A program made the translations under genes and the position numbers. A stretch of 64,000 nucleotides of DNA, taken from positions 1-64,000 of the forward strand of contig JBEKSS010000006.1 of assembly GCA_049516875.1 (NCBI GenBank), in the 5' to 3' direction. This DNA comes from Candidatus Bathyarchaeia archaeon (GTDB lineage Archaea > Thermoproteota > Bathyarchaeia > Bathyarchaeales > Bathycorpusculaceae). Below, one piece after another: positions 40,071 to 48,777 of the stretch. Position 1 is the first letter of the stretch, and the number at the start of each line of letters is the position of its first letter. Under the pieces are notes generated by a model. That model was not told the DNA's origin, ran no database searches, and saw only the letters and a program-made list of their open reading frames with translations.

Positions 40071-40502
40071 ATGCTTGCTAGCAGTCTACAGAATGGAAGT
40101 TCAATGCCATCCGGGCAGTTAAGAATTTTCGCGGTTGCTTGGAACATGATGTGGGGCTTATGTTACATCTTAGTGGCAATTTTTGCGCCAGGCATCGCTG
40201 GAGAGGAGCCCTTAATTGGAGGCATTTTCTATGGGTCGGTGGGGGTTTTTGTTTTAATAGCTGTATGGTTATTGTTTGGGTCACATGCAACAATTGGGCG
40301 AATGGCCTTATTTATATTAGCTGTCTTTGAGGTTTGGGGTGGTGTTGTGTCATGGACAGGCATAGTACTATGGCAGGTGCCTTTCCCAAACAAGGAATTC
40401 TTTCAAGTTAGTATGGCTTTTGCTGATCTGCTCAGCGCTACTTTTATGTTCACTTTGTGTCTGAGCAATGATTCTGGCAGGGTAGCTCACCCTGAACCAT
40501 AG
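40071..40502 (+). CDS. Hypothetical 4-TM membrane protein
   Basis: Four hydrophobic segments. Confidence 0.55.
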   Translation: MLASSLQNGSSMPSGQLRIFAVAWNMMWGLCYILVAIFAPGIAGEEPLIGGIFYGSVGVFVLIAVWLLFGSHATIGRMALFILAVFEVWGGVVSWTGIVLWQVPFPNKEFFQVSMAFADLLSATFMFTLCLSNDSGRVAHPEP

Positions 40503-40766
40503 GAGATAATTTTGTAAGTCATAAGTGCATGTTTCCTTAAGTAAGGCAAATGAGGGCTGCAAAACATTGAACAAATCAGCTAGGATTCTCTATGTCCGAA
40601 TTGCATTATCTTTTGCCATTTTCTTTTTTGGGAATGAGCTTCCGCTGACGTAGGCTCTTCAGAAAAAAGATCAGGGATAGAGAACGGTGGATATATGGAG
40701 AAAGGCAATGATTAACGAAAAATAGGTTTAAAAACAGGGGCCTTCTCTTTCTTGAATCGGAGAGGC

Positions 40767-40901
40767 ATGTTCTTTCATGTTATACTGACGACTAAGTGTA
40801 ATTCGCAGTGCATGTACTGCTTTGGCGAGGCATGTGAAGATGTTGATGAAGATTTTTCGGATTTTGAAGTCGACTATTCATTGCCAACCAAGATTAACTA
40901 G
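40767..40901 (+). pseudogene. Truncated N-terminal copy (44 aa) of the downstream radical SAM gene
   Basis: MFFHVILTTKCNSQCMYCFGEACEDVDEDFSDFEVDYSLPTKIN* versus MFFHVILTTECNSQCRYCFGEALDDLDEDFSDIEVDYSLPRNMS. Confidence 0.9.
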
Positions 40902-40919
40902 CGCGCATGGTTGTTCCTA

Positions 40920-41311
40920 AATTGGCTAAAAAATGGTTTTTATTCTTCTTTTGGAGTTTGGGGACAGTTTCAGGTTTCGTGCGCGCGCGCCTTACTTCAC
41001 AGACTACCCGACCTTGATAATCATGGATAGCCTACTCCATGCAATGATTGAACAAGATCCAAAGACAAGCATGAGCAAGTTCGTCAAGTACAACGTTCCA
41101 AAGTTCCTAGAAAGCCTGACAAAAAATAGAAAAGCCCGCGCCAGCCGATAATAACCGCGTTCGAATCAGATTGACAAAGCCCGTGCAATTCAAACATGAT
41201 TAGCTAAGAACGTACTTAAATGCGATAACCATTTTCAGCGCGCGCGCCAGTAACTCTGATAGGGTTCGTTCCCTTGCGCTTTGCGATGAGCCATTTTCGT
41301 TTTAGCCAATT
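40920..41311. mobile_element. Possible MITE-like/degenerate element bounded by inverted repeats
   Basis: AATTGGCTAAAA (40920-40931) and TTTTAGCCAATT (41300-41311), with extra AAATGG/CCATTT complementarity; internal (GC)n runs; no transposase or clear TSD. Confidence 0.45.
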
Positions 41312-41428
41312 ATGTGAGTAAGTCATGTGGGCTCAAAAGAAAAATCGTGAATGACGCACAGGACTCACTTTGAGAACCGAAGATGCAACAAACCATTTAT
41401 GGTAATACTCACATGATTCTTTCGGTGA

Positions 41429-41812
41429 TTGGAAATGGTTCTGTTGGTCAAGGACATCAATTGGGAAAAGTGGAAACAAGAAATACTGAAACAAAAGAGT
41501 TTCATTGACAAATATGGCGATGAATATAAAGAAATAATCCTTGGCGAAGTGTCCGATCTCACTCCTTCTGGTAGCCATCGTGACTTTGGTAGACCTGCTC
41601 GCAATCTCCTAGCGACAGGTTCGTATGGAGGTTATCTAAAGACATCTCAACTTGGTTCTCGCCCGCCTACTCAGGATGAGCAAGAAGATAGTGCTTGGTG
41701 GAGAGACTTGCGTAATGAGGGGAAAAAACATCAAATCTACATAACACCTTCAGACAAAGACCGCAAGATCATCGTGGCTGGAATGAAGATAAAAGATAGA
41801 TCAGAAACGTGA
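41429..41812 (+). CDS. Hypothetical protein inside the inserted segment
   Basis: 127-aa ORF in locally AT-richer sequence; no family recognised. Confidence 0.55.
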   Translation: MEMVLLVKDINWEKWKQEILKQKSFIDKYGDEYKEIILGEVSDLTPSGSHRDFGRPARNLLATGSYGGYLKTSQLGSRPPTQDEQEDSAWWRDLRNEGKKHQIYITPSDKDRKIIVAGMKIKDRSET

Positions 41813-41931
41813 TTCATTTCTCTTAGTAGTCATCCGACGATTTTTTACATGAACCCAAATCCGACGGAGACTTTACAGAACCAAGGAAAAATACACTTAA
41901 GAGCCGGAATTCTTACTTCCAGGTGGGAAAC

Positions 41932-43056
41932 ATGTTCTTTCACGTGATACTTACCACCGAATGCAATTCACAGTGCCGATACTGCTTTGGCGAAGCATTG
42001 GACGATTTGGATGAGGATTTCTCAGACATTGAAGTTGATTATTCCCTTCCTAGAAACATGAGTTACGACGTTGCTTTGCTGGACAAGCTGTGCCAGCGAG
42101 ACAATGACTGTGTCTTGACGTTCTACGGTGGAGAACCTTTGATCTGTGTTGACAAGATCAAGCAGATCATGGATAACGTTAGGGCCAAGCTCTTCATGGT
42201 TCAAACTAACGGCCTGCTCCTAGACCGCTTGGAACCAGAATATGTGAACCGCTTTCACACGATCCTGGTTTCCATAGACGGTGATGAGGCGTTGACTGAC
42301 TTCTACCGTGGAAACGGAACGTTCAAGAAGCTCATTAGCAACTTGAAGCTGATTAAACGAAACGGTTTTCGCGGTGAACTAATAGCCAGAATGACGGTGA
42401 TGGAGCAGACCGAAATATACAAGCAGGTCAGATGGCTCTTGGAGAATGACGAGTTTCCATTCACTTCAGTGCACTGGCAGTTGAACGCGGGATTCTGGAA
42501 GAACGATTTCTCAAGGAGAGATTTCAAGCGGTGGAGCGAAGAAAACTATGATCCCGGGATCAGGAAGTTGGTCGGATTCTGGGTTGACACCATGGAAGAG
42601 GAGGGCGTTGTGTTGCGCCTTTATCCGTTCCTGGGGATAGCTGAATCGCTTCTTTCAGGCGAAGAGAAGACCCTTCTGCGGTGCGGGGGAGGATGGATAA
42701 ACTATGCCATACAAACAGACGGTTACATTGTTCCCTGTCCAACAATGTGGGGAATGAAAGACTACTATCTCGGGCACGTCGCCAGCGCAGACCCTTTGAA
42801 ACTGAAAAAAGTCCATATTGGTCAACCATGTACTAAATGCGACGCCTTCAATTTATGTGGCGGCCGATGCCTATATGCAATCGTGACTAAACGTTGGAAC
42901 CCAGAAGCATACGGACAGATATGCAGTACAGTTCGCAACCTGATACAAACAGTCTCTAGCGAAGTTCCTAGGATAAGAGAACTTATCGATATGGGGAAAG
43001 TCATACCCACGGATTTTGAATACATGAAATACAATGGATGCGAGATAATTCCCTAA
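41932..43056 (+). CDS. Radical SAM/SPASM protein (AF0577/TIGR04084-like)
   Basis: CNSQCRYC, FYGGEPL, QTNG, SIDG; SPASM CGGG...PCP...CTKC...CGGRC...C; ends GCEIIP. Confidence 0.88.
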   Translation: MFFHVILTTECNSQCRYCFGEALDDLDEDFSDIEVDYSLPRNMSYDVALLDKLCQRDNDCVLTFYGGEPLICVDKIKQIMDNVRAKLFMVQTNGLLLDRLEPEYVNRFHTILVSIDGDEALTDFYRGNGTFKKLISNLKLIKRNGFRGELIARMTVMEQTEIYKQVRWLLENDEFPFTSVHWQLNAGFWKNDFSRRDFKRWSEENYDPGIRKLVGFWVDTMEEEGVVLRLYPFLGIAESLLSGEEKTLLRCGGGWINYAIQTDGYIVPCPTMWGMKDYYLGHVASADPLKLKKVHIGQPCTKCDAFNLCGGRCLYAIVTKRWNPEAYGQICSTVRNLIQTVSSEVPRIRELIDMGKVIPTDFEYMKYNGCEIIP

Positions 43057-43107
43057 GAAACGATGTCTGGAAAACCATTATTAGGTTAGTTTCACAAATC
43101 ACTACTG

Positions 43108-43443
43108 GTGGTTTGCATGTCTGTGACTTTGCGTGATGCTCAGCATTTGTGTTGGAAGAATTTTAAGAAAATCAATGAGAAGCTTGACCCTGAGCGGGGT
43201 AAGATGTGGACACCATTTGTCATGGTCACTGACTTGCTTGAGGAGGCTGGGGAGGCGGCTGCCGTGGTTAAAGGGCTGGAAGGGTTCAAGCCGCCTGAAA
43301 AACCCAAGACAAAGGAGATGCTGGCCACCGAACTCTCAGACCTGCTCTACATAATATTCGTTCTGGCAGAACACTACGGCATAGAACTCGAAGACTCGTT
43401 TCTCCAAACCGTAAACGATTACATACTCAGGTTCATAAAATAA
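43108..43443 (+). CDS. MazG-like nucleotide pyrophosphohydrolase
   Basis: LLEEAGEAA...ELSDLL. Confidence 0.85.
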   Translation: MVCMSVTLRDAQHLCWKNFKKINEKLDPERGKMWTPFVMVTDLLEEAGEAAAVVKGLEGFKPPEKPKTKEMLATELSDLLYIIFVLAEHYGIELEDSFLQTVNDYILRFIK

Positions 43444-43599
43444 GATTGTATGAACGCACGCTGTGTACGCCTGCAGTACGTATCGAATCTCGACATATGT
43501 CAAGCTGCGAAACAAGCTCTATATTAAGTCATACGATATGATATGTAGATAAGTACAACTTGAGAACAGTTGAACACAAATACAAAAGGTGTAAGTCAT

Positions 43600-44040
43600 A
43601 TGGAGAATCTGTCCCCATCAACCAAGTACAAACACAAGGCATGTTCAGATCCAGATTTGATAGAAGTGCAAAGCGTTTCTTGTGAAGTGCATGCATCAAA
43701 GGAGTCGTCGCTGCTCAATCGTGGTTTCGAGAAGCTGTTGCTGGACGCGGTAGATGAAGGGCTTGCTTGGCTTGGTGAGTCGGCAAGTCGGGCGATCTAC
43801 TATCATTTAGAAAACGATTTCAACATCAAAAGGCAGGACATTCCCTGCAAGATTGAAGGGTTCGCAGATGCGATCGAGAAAATTTTTGGGGCCGCAGCCG
43901 GGCTTCTTGAGATTGAAATAATGAAGAAGCTACATGAGAAGGTTGGAGACTCTTTCAGATATTTTCCAGAACAAAAAAACTTGGTGTTCACCGAGTACAT
44001 TAAGACCATTAAATTTTTGGATCTGAACAAGCTCCTTTGA
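43600..44040 (+). CDS. Hypothetical protein (archaeal small helical domain, DUF3227/NitrOD-like)
   Basis: LLDAVDEGL..LGES...IYYHLE...FADAIEKIFG...LLEIEI. Confidence 0.6.
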   Translation: MENLSPSTKYKHKACSDPDLIEVQSVSCEVHASKESSLLNRGFEKLLLDAVDEGLAWLGESASRAIYYHLENDFNIKRQDIPCKIEGFADAIEKIFGAAAGLLEIEIMKKLHEKVGDSFRYFPEQKNLVFTEYIKTIKFLDLNKLL

Positions 44041-44237
44041 TTGACCATTCTTGCTTGGCTCGTGGATGCTGATCTGTACGTCTAACATTCTACGCCTACT
44101 CATCGACACAATACCTATTCTATTAAGCACGTATCTCTAGTTTCTTTTGCTTTTGAGATAAGATGGCTTCACAACTGTTCGCACAAACTAGCGAGCGCGA
44201 AACGATTACGTACTGAGGTTCATCAAGTAGAATTGCA

Positions 44238-44984
44238 TTAAACCTTTATGCCTGAAAATGTTTGCAGCGCAGGGTATTTCATACCGTACCTTTCTATCAG
44301 CAGGCCGAGGCTTCTCTCTACAGCCTCATCGAACCAGACTTGAGCGAACCCCAGGTCTTGTTTTGCCACTTCTGGCGAAAACCAGATGTTTGTATCAACG
44401 ATTTTTGTTTGAATTTTTGTTAGCTTGGCGTTTTTCATTGCTTCAACTATTTCATCTGGTCTGAAAAAGCAGTCTCCACTTTCCTTGTGAAGCCTTATGT
44501 AGATTTCTTCAGCCTTGTTTCTTGCCTTCGTACTCAACTCAGTGAGGCAAACCTTTCCGTCCTTCTTGACGATGCGAGCCATCTCTTTCACAATTTTGGC
44601 CATGTTCTCTGGATGCCTTAGCTCCTCAAGAAGGCGGTAACTCACAACCATATCGGCAACTCCGTTGGATATGACGCCTTTGAGATCAGCTGCATCCTTC
44701 TTAACGAGAGTAACTTTTTCCTTGACCTTATATCTATCCAGTCGTGCCCTAAATTCTTCTAGGTGCTCATCCGAATCATCAACAGCGGTCACTTGTCCGC
44801 TTGCGCCGACGGCTCTTGCTACTGAAGCGGTGAAGCCTCCTTGTCCACAGCCTACGTCGACAACTGTCATGCCTCTCTTTGCACCGATTTCTCTTGCAAG
44901 CTTCAGTTTTAGGTTAAATATGGCATCTTCAAGGCTTTTTGAATTAGTAATAGTCCACATCATCCACACATTCTTGCACTTCAA
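44238..44984 (-). CDS. Class I SAM-dependent methyltransferase
   Basis: VVDVGCGQG motif I. Confidence 0.88.
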   Translation of the reverse strand: MKCKNVWMMWTITNSKSLEDAIFNLKLKLAREIGAKRGMTVVDVGCGQGGFTASVARAVGASGQVTAVDDSDEHLEEFRARLDRYKVKEKVTLVKKDAADLKGVISNGVADMVVSYRLLEELRHPENMAKIVKEMARIVKKDGKVCLTELSTKARNKAEEIYIRLHKESGDCFFRPDEIVEAMKNAKLTKIQTKIVDTNIWFSPEVAKQDLGFAQVWFDEAVERSLGLLIERYGMKYPALQTFSGIKV

Positions 44985-45015
44985 AGAACTGCAGAACCGA
45001 AAAAAGGAGAAGAGT

Positions 45016-45285
45016 TTATGCCTTCTTGTATACCATATCGGTTTCTCTGACGCGTTGCATCACTTTCAGGCCTATGCTTTGTCCTGGCTCAGCCCTCTGG
45101 ACATTCTCATGCTCAATCTGCATCGAATCAACGCGTTGCTCAAAATCCGTTGTCGGACCCTTAATGGCTATAGTGTCACCTACGCTCAAGGCAGCCTTAA
45201 GCTCGATAACTGCGACGTTGATCTTTGAGAAGAAGTGCGTTATTCGTCCAACTTCTACAAATTTCTCTTCGCCCAAACATTTCAA
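45016..45285 (-). CDS. Stand-alone EF-Tu domain-2-like beta-barrel protein
   Basis: VGRITHFFSKINVA...LSVGDTI...SMQI...GQSIGLKV. Confidence 0.8.
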   Translation of the reverse strand: MKCLGEEKFVEVGRITHFFSKINVAVIELKAALSVGDTIAIKGPTTDFEQRVDSMQIEHENVQRAEPGQSIGLKVMQRVRETDMVYKKA

Positions 45286-45322
45286 CCTCTACAAGTACTA
45301 GGAGCATTTTATAATAAATAAC

Positions 45323-46612
45323 TTATTGAATGACGCTGCTTTCGAGGTATGTTGGAAAGGCTCTTATGATTTTTGCGGGCACGAACTTGCCAATCAGCTT
45401 GGAAGCGCACTTAACCGCAACCGGTTTGTAGGAAAAATTCCGACCAACCCAAGAACCTGGAACCTTGCCAACTTCGTCTACCAGAATCCCCCCACTCCAA
45501 CCAACCCAACGCTGATTGTTCATAAGCGAAAGCCTCTTGGCCAATGTGCTTGCCATGGTGCTTCTGCGTTTGATTTCTGACAAGGGCACAGAGTCCTTTT
45601 GCATTTTAGCTGCAGCTGTCTTCGGTCTCGCGAAGAACTTCGAGACGTTCACTATGTCAGGCGTAACCTCTTCTATCAACTGCAAAGTCCTTTGGAAAGC
45701 CTCTTCGGTTTCACCCGGAAAACCGCAAATCACATCCGTAGCCAAGGTTATGTCGGGGAACCTTGCTCTGAAAGCTTCTACTACCCTTTTGAAGTCGTTA
45801 ACACAGTAGAATCTTCGCATGCACTTCAAAACGTCATCGTCTCCGCTTTGCACAGGCAGGTGAATGAACTTGAAGATTCTATCATCCTGAAAAGCTTGGA
45901 CCAGCTCTTCTAGGATGTCTAAGGCATTGTTAGGAGTCATCATACCTACGCGAACCCTGAAGTCCTCATCAATCCTGCATAAGGCGTGAAGCAACGTAGC
46001 AAGGTTCGCTCCTTTGTCTTTACCATAGCACGCAGTGTCCTGTGAAGTGATCCAAAACTCTCGCAAACCCGAGGCCAGGTCTTCCCTAACCCTTCCTACG
46101 ATGTCTTGGATGTCGTAACTCCTCAAACGCCCTCTGGCAAAAACCACACAGCAATAAGCGCATGAGCCCAAACAGCCATAGTTTATGGGAACGATGCTTG
46201 TCACCGGATTTGACTGCAATCGAGGAAGATTTAGCTTGGGAAGGTCATTCAGAGTTTCTTCAAGGGCAATTACCTTCTCACCTTTTGAAACACGATTCAC
46301 AACTTCAACAATTCCTTCACCTGCCGCTGGACCCATAGCTCCGCTGAAGGACACCTCCTGCTGCAACCTTTCAAAATTGATCAAGGGCAAGCACCCAGCA
46401 ACGATCAATTTTTTTTCCAGAGGAATCCGCTTGGAAATCTCAATCATGCGATTCTCAGTGGGTCCCTTAACCGCACAAGTATTCAAAACAATCACGTCAG
46501 CCGATGAAACAGAACCTACCAGCTTGTACCCTGCACGCGCAAGACAGCCTGCTAGGATGGCCCCATCAGCGAAGTTTGTTGAACAACCGAAACTCTTGAC
46601 AAGAACTCGCAT
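45323..46612 (-). CDS. tRNA t6A37 methylthiotransferase (archaeal MiaB-like/e-MtaB)
   Basis: FGC..N, NTCAV, GCLGSCAYC, HLPVQSG, C-terminal TRAM domain; start at ATG 46612. Confidence 0.92.
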   Translation of the reverse strand: MRVLVKSFGCSTNFADGAILAGCLARAGYKLVGSVSSADVIVLNTCAVKGPTENRMIEISKRIPLEKKLIVAGCLPLINFERLQQEVSFSGAMGPAAGEGIVEVVNRVSKGEKVIALEETLNDLPKLNLPRLQSNPVTSIVPINYGCLGSCAYCCVVFARGRLRSYDIQDIVGRVREDLASGLREFWITSQDTACYGKDKGANLATLLHALCRIDEDFRVRVGMMTPNNALDILEELVQAFQDDRIFKFIHLPVQSGDDDVLKCMRRFYCVNDFKRVVEAFRARFPDITLATDVICGFPGETEEAFQRTLQLIEEVTPDIVNVSKFFARPKTAAAKMQKDSVPLSEIKRRSTMASTLAKRLSLMNNQRWVGWSGGILVDEVGKVPGSWVGRNFSYKPVAVKCASKLIGKFVPAKIIRAFPTYLESSVIQ

Positions 46613-46818
46613 TGTATTCCCATCACGATACGTTAAATGCTTCAACAAGAAATAAAAACATAAGGGTTGGCGCTTAGAGGAATTTACAGAAATCTGAAAT
46701 GGAGCGTACACAAGCTTTAAAAAGGCATGGCTAGGCATATCTGTCACATATTTATAGCATGTTATACAGCACTATAAGTTTGAAAATCGCTTTTCATGCT
46801 GCCTTGGAGGGAGATGAG

Positions 46819-46974
46819 TTGAAGCTAATCACTCTTTACGTGCCTGAGACCTATCTTAAGGCGTTGGATCAGCTTGTAGGCGAAAGGTTTTACCCGAACA
46901 GGGCGGAGGCAATTCGCGTGGCTATCCGTGACCTGATCAATGATGAGCTTTGGCGGAGGAACCGAGTTGGCTGA
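46819..46974 (+). CDS. Ribbon-helix-helix protein, CdrS-like
   Basis: MKLITLYVPE...FYPNRAEAIRVAIRDL directly upstream of and overlapping ftsZ; SD GGAGG before the TTG. Confidence 0.85.
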   Translation: MKLITLYVPETYLKALDQLVGERFYPNRAEAIRVAIRDLINDELWRRNRVG

Positions 46975-48079
46975 AATGCACCCTGCTGAAAACGCTTTGA
47001 AGTACAGTTGGCATTTTTCTGGAAGTGAAGGGATCAGGCAGCCTGGTTACTGTCGAATAGTGGTTATTGGTGTCGGCGGGGCGGGAAACAACACGGTGAC
47101 GCGACTGATGGAAGCTGGCATAACGTGCGCGGAGTGCATTGCAATAAACACGGACGCCCTTCATCTGAACGTCTCGAAAGCAAATCAGAAGATGCTGATA
47201 GGCGAGAAACTCACTAAGGGACTAGGAGTTGGTGGCGATCCGAAACTTGGCAAGGTAGCCATCGAGGAGTCAAAGAAACGTGTTGAAGATATGCTTTCAA
47301 ACGTCGACATAGCGTTCATAACAGCTGGTTTGGGTGGCGGAACGGGGACAGGTGCAGCTCCAGTTATCGCTGACATAGCTAGGCGGAAGGGAGCAATCAC
47401 TGTCGGCGTTGTAACCACGCCATTCCGTATTGAAAAGGGGAGAAACGAATATGCAGCCATCGCTCTGAGCGAAATGCGGAGAAGATGTGACACAGTGGTG
47501 GTTATTGACAACAACAAGCTCATGCAACTCGTACCACAGCTGCCGATAAGTGAAGCTTTCAGGGTTGCAGACCAAGTCCTAGCAAACATGATCAAAGGCA
47601 TTGTTGAGACAATCTCAACTCCTAGTTTGATTAATCTAGACTTTGCAGACTTCAAGACAATCGTCAGCCGCGGAGGAGTAGCCGTCGTTGGAGTAGGCGA
47701 ATCTGATGCACCAAACAGGGCAGAAGAGGCAGTGCGTAATGCCCTGAGGACACCATTGTTGGACGTCGACTATGCAGGAGCCACAGGAGCCTTGGTGCAC
47801 GTTACTGGTGACAATCAGATGACGATCGAGGAGGCAAATCGTGTTGGTGAAATAGTGACCGAGATGATGGACTGCAATGCTCTGGTCATCTGGGGGGCAA
47901 GGGTGAATCCGCAGCAAAACGGCAAACTGAAAGTGATGCTAGTCATGACAGGGGTAAACTCACCTCACATACTGAGTGGCTTCGGGACAATAGCGCCACG
48001 GCTCTTTAACTTGGAACCCTACGCAGAACCCGAAAAACCACTTAACGTGGACATAGGCCTTTACCAGATGGAAAACTAA
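46967..48079 (+). CDS. ftsZ: Cell division protein FtsZ
   Basis: GVGGAGNN, GLGGGTGTG, NLDFAD T7 loop. Confidence 0.97.
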   Translation: MAEMHPAENALKYSWHFSGSEGIRQPGYCRIVVIGVGGAGNNTVTRLMEAGITCAECIAINTDALHLNVSKANQKMLIGEKLTKGLGVGGDPKLGKVAIEESKKRVEDMLSNVDIAFITAGLGGGTGTGAAPVIADIARRKGAITVGVVTTPFRIEKGRNEYAAIALSEMRRRCDTVVVIDNNKLMQLVPQLPISEAFRVADQVLANMIKGIVETISTPSLINLDFADFKTIVSRGGVAVVGVGESDAPNRAEEAVRNALRTPLLDVDYAGATGALVHVTGDNQMTIEEANRVGEIVTEMMDCNALVIWGARVNPQQNGKLKVMLVMTGVNSPHILSGFGTIAPRLFNLEPYAEPEKPLNVDIGLYQMEN

Positions 48080-48113
48080 GTAATCCGTCCTTTTTTCCTT
48101 TCACTCAGGAAAA

Positions 48114-48755
48114 CTAGAGCTTTCTTTTGTTGATTGCAATTATTCTTTTCAGCCTAATCGCCAATGGTATTGATCTGCCGAAAGGTTGACACTGGCCTTC
48201 ACTTATCGCCTTGATAACGTCATCCACATCAGGCTCGGCATTTACCACAGTGTACGCACATCCAATTTCAGGACCATAGTGAGCGTCACTGCCCGCCAAA
48301 CGCGGCTTTCCAAGACGGGAAGCGATTTTCATGCTCTGCTTCACAGCATAGCTGAACGGAATTGCTGAGGAATTTATTACCTCGACAGCATCAAAACTGG
48401 AGTTGGTGTGTTTTCCCAAACTCCCTTTGAAAAGACCTATTGGGTGACAAGCTACTGCAATGCCGCCCGCATCGTGAATCCTGTTGACAGTTTCACTCGC
48501 GCTTAACTTTCCCGAGACTCGTTCGGTAACATTGAGCGCAACGACATGACCGTCTGAACTTGAAATCTCAATCCCTGGAATGATCAGAAAATCTGTTTCA
48601 GCAGCTATCTTTAATGCGCCGTCAAGCCTGTCATGATCTGTTATTGCCACTCCATCCAAACCGCGTTTCTTGGCGTAGAAAACAAGCTCTTCGGGCGTGA
48701 TCAACGAGTCGACCGAGTAGCAAGTGTGCACGTGCATGTCAATTTTCAATTGCAA
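48114..48755 (-). CDS. PHP-domain metallophosphoesterase
   Basis: DMHVHT, ITDHD, GIE, GSDAH. Confidence 0.9.
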   Translation of the reverse strand: MQLKIDMHVHTCYSVDSLITPEELVFYAKKRGLDGVAITDHDRLDGALKIAAETDFLIIPGIEISSSDGHVVALNVTERVSGKLSASETVNRIHDAGGIAVACHPIGLFKGSLGKHTNSSFDAVEVINSSAIPFSYAVKQSMKIASRLGKPRLAGSDAHYGPEIGCAYTVVNAEPDVDDVIKAISEGQCQPFGRSIPLAIRLKRIIAINKRKL

Positions 48756-48777
48756 GAGTTCACAGCCCGATTCTGCC

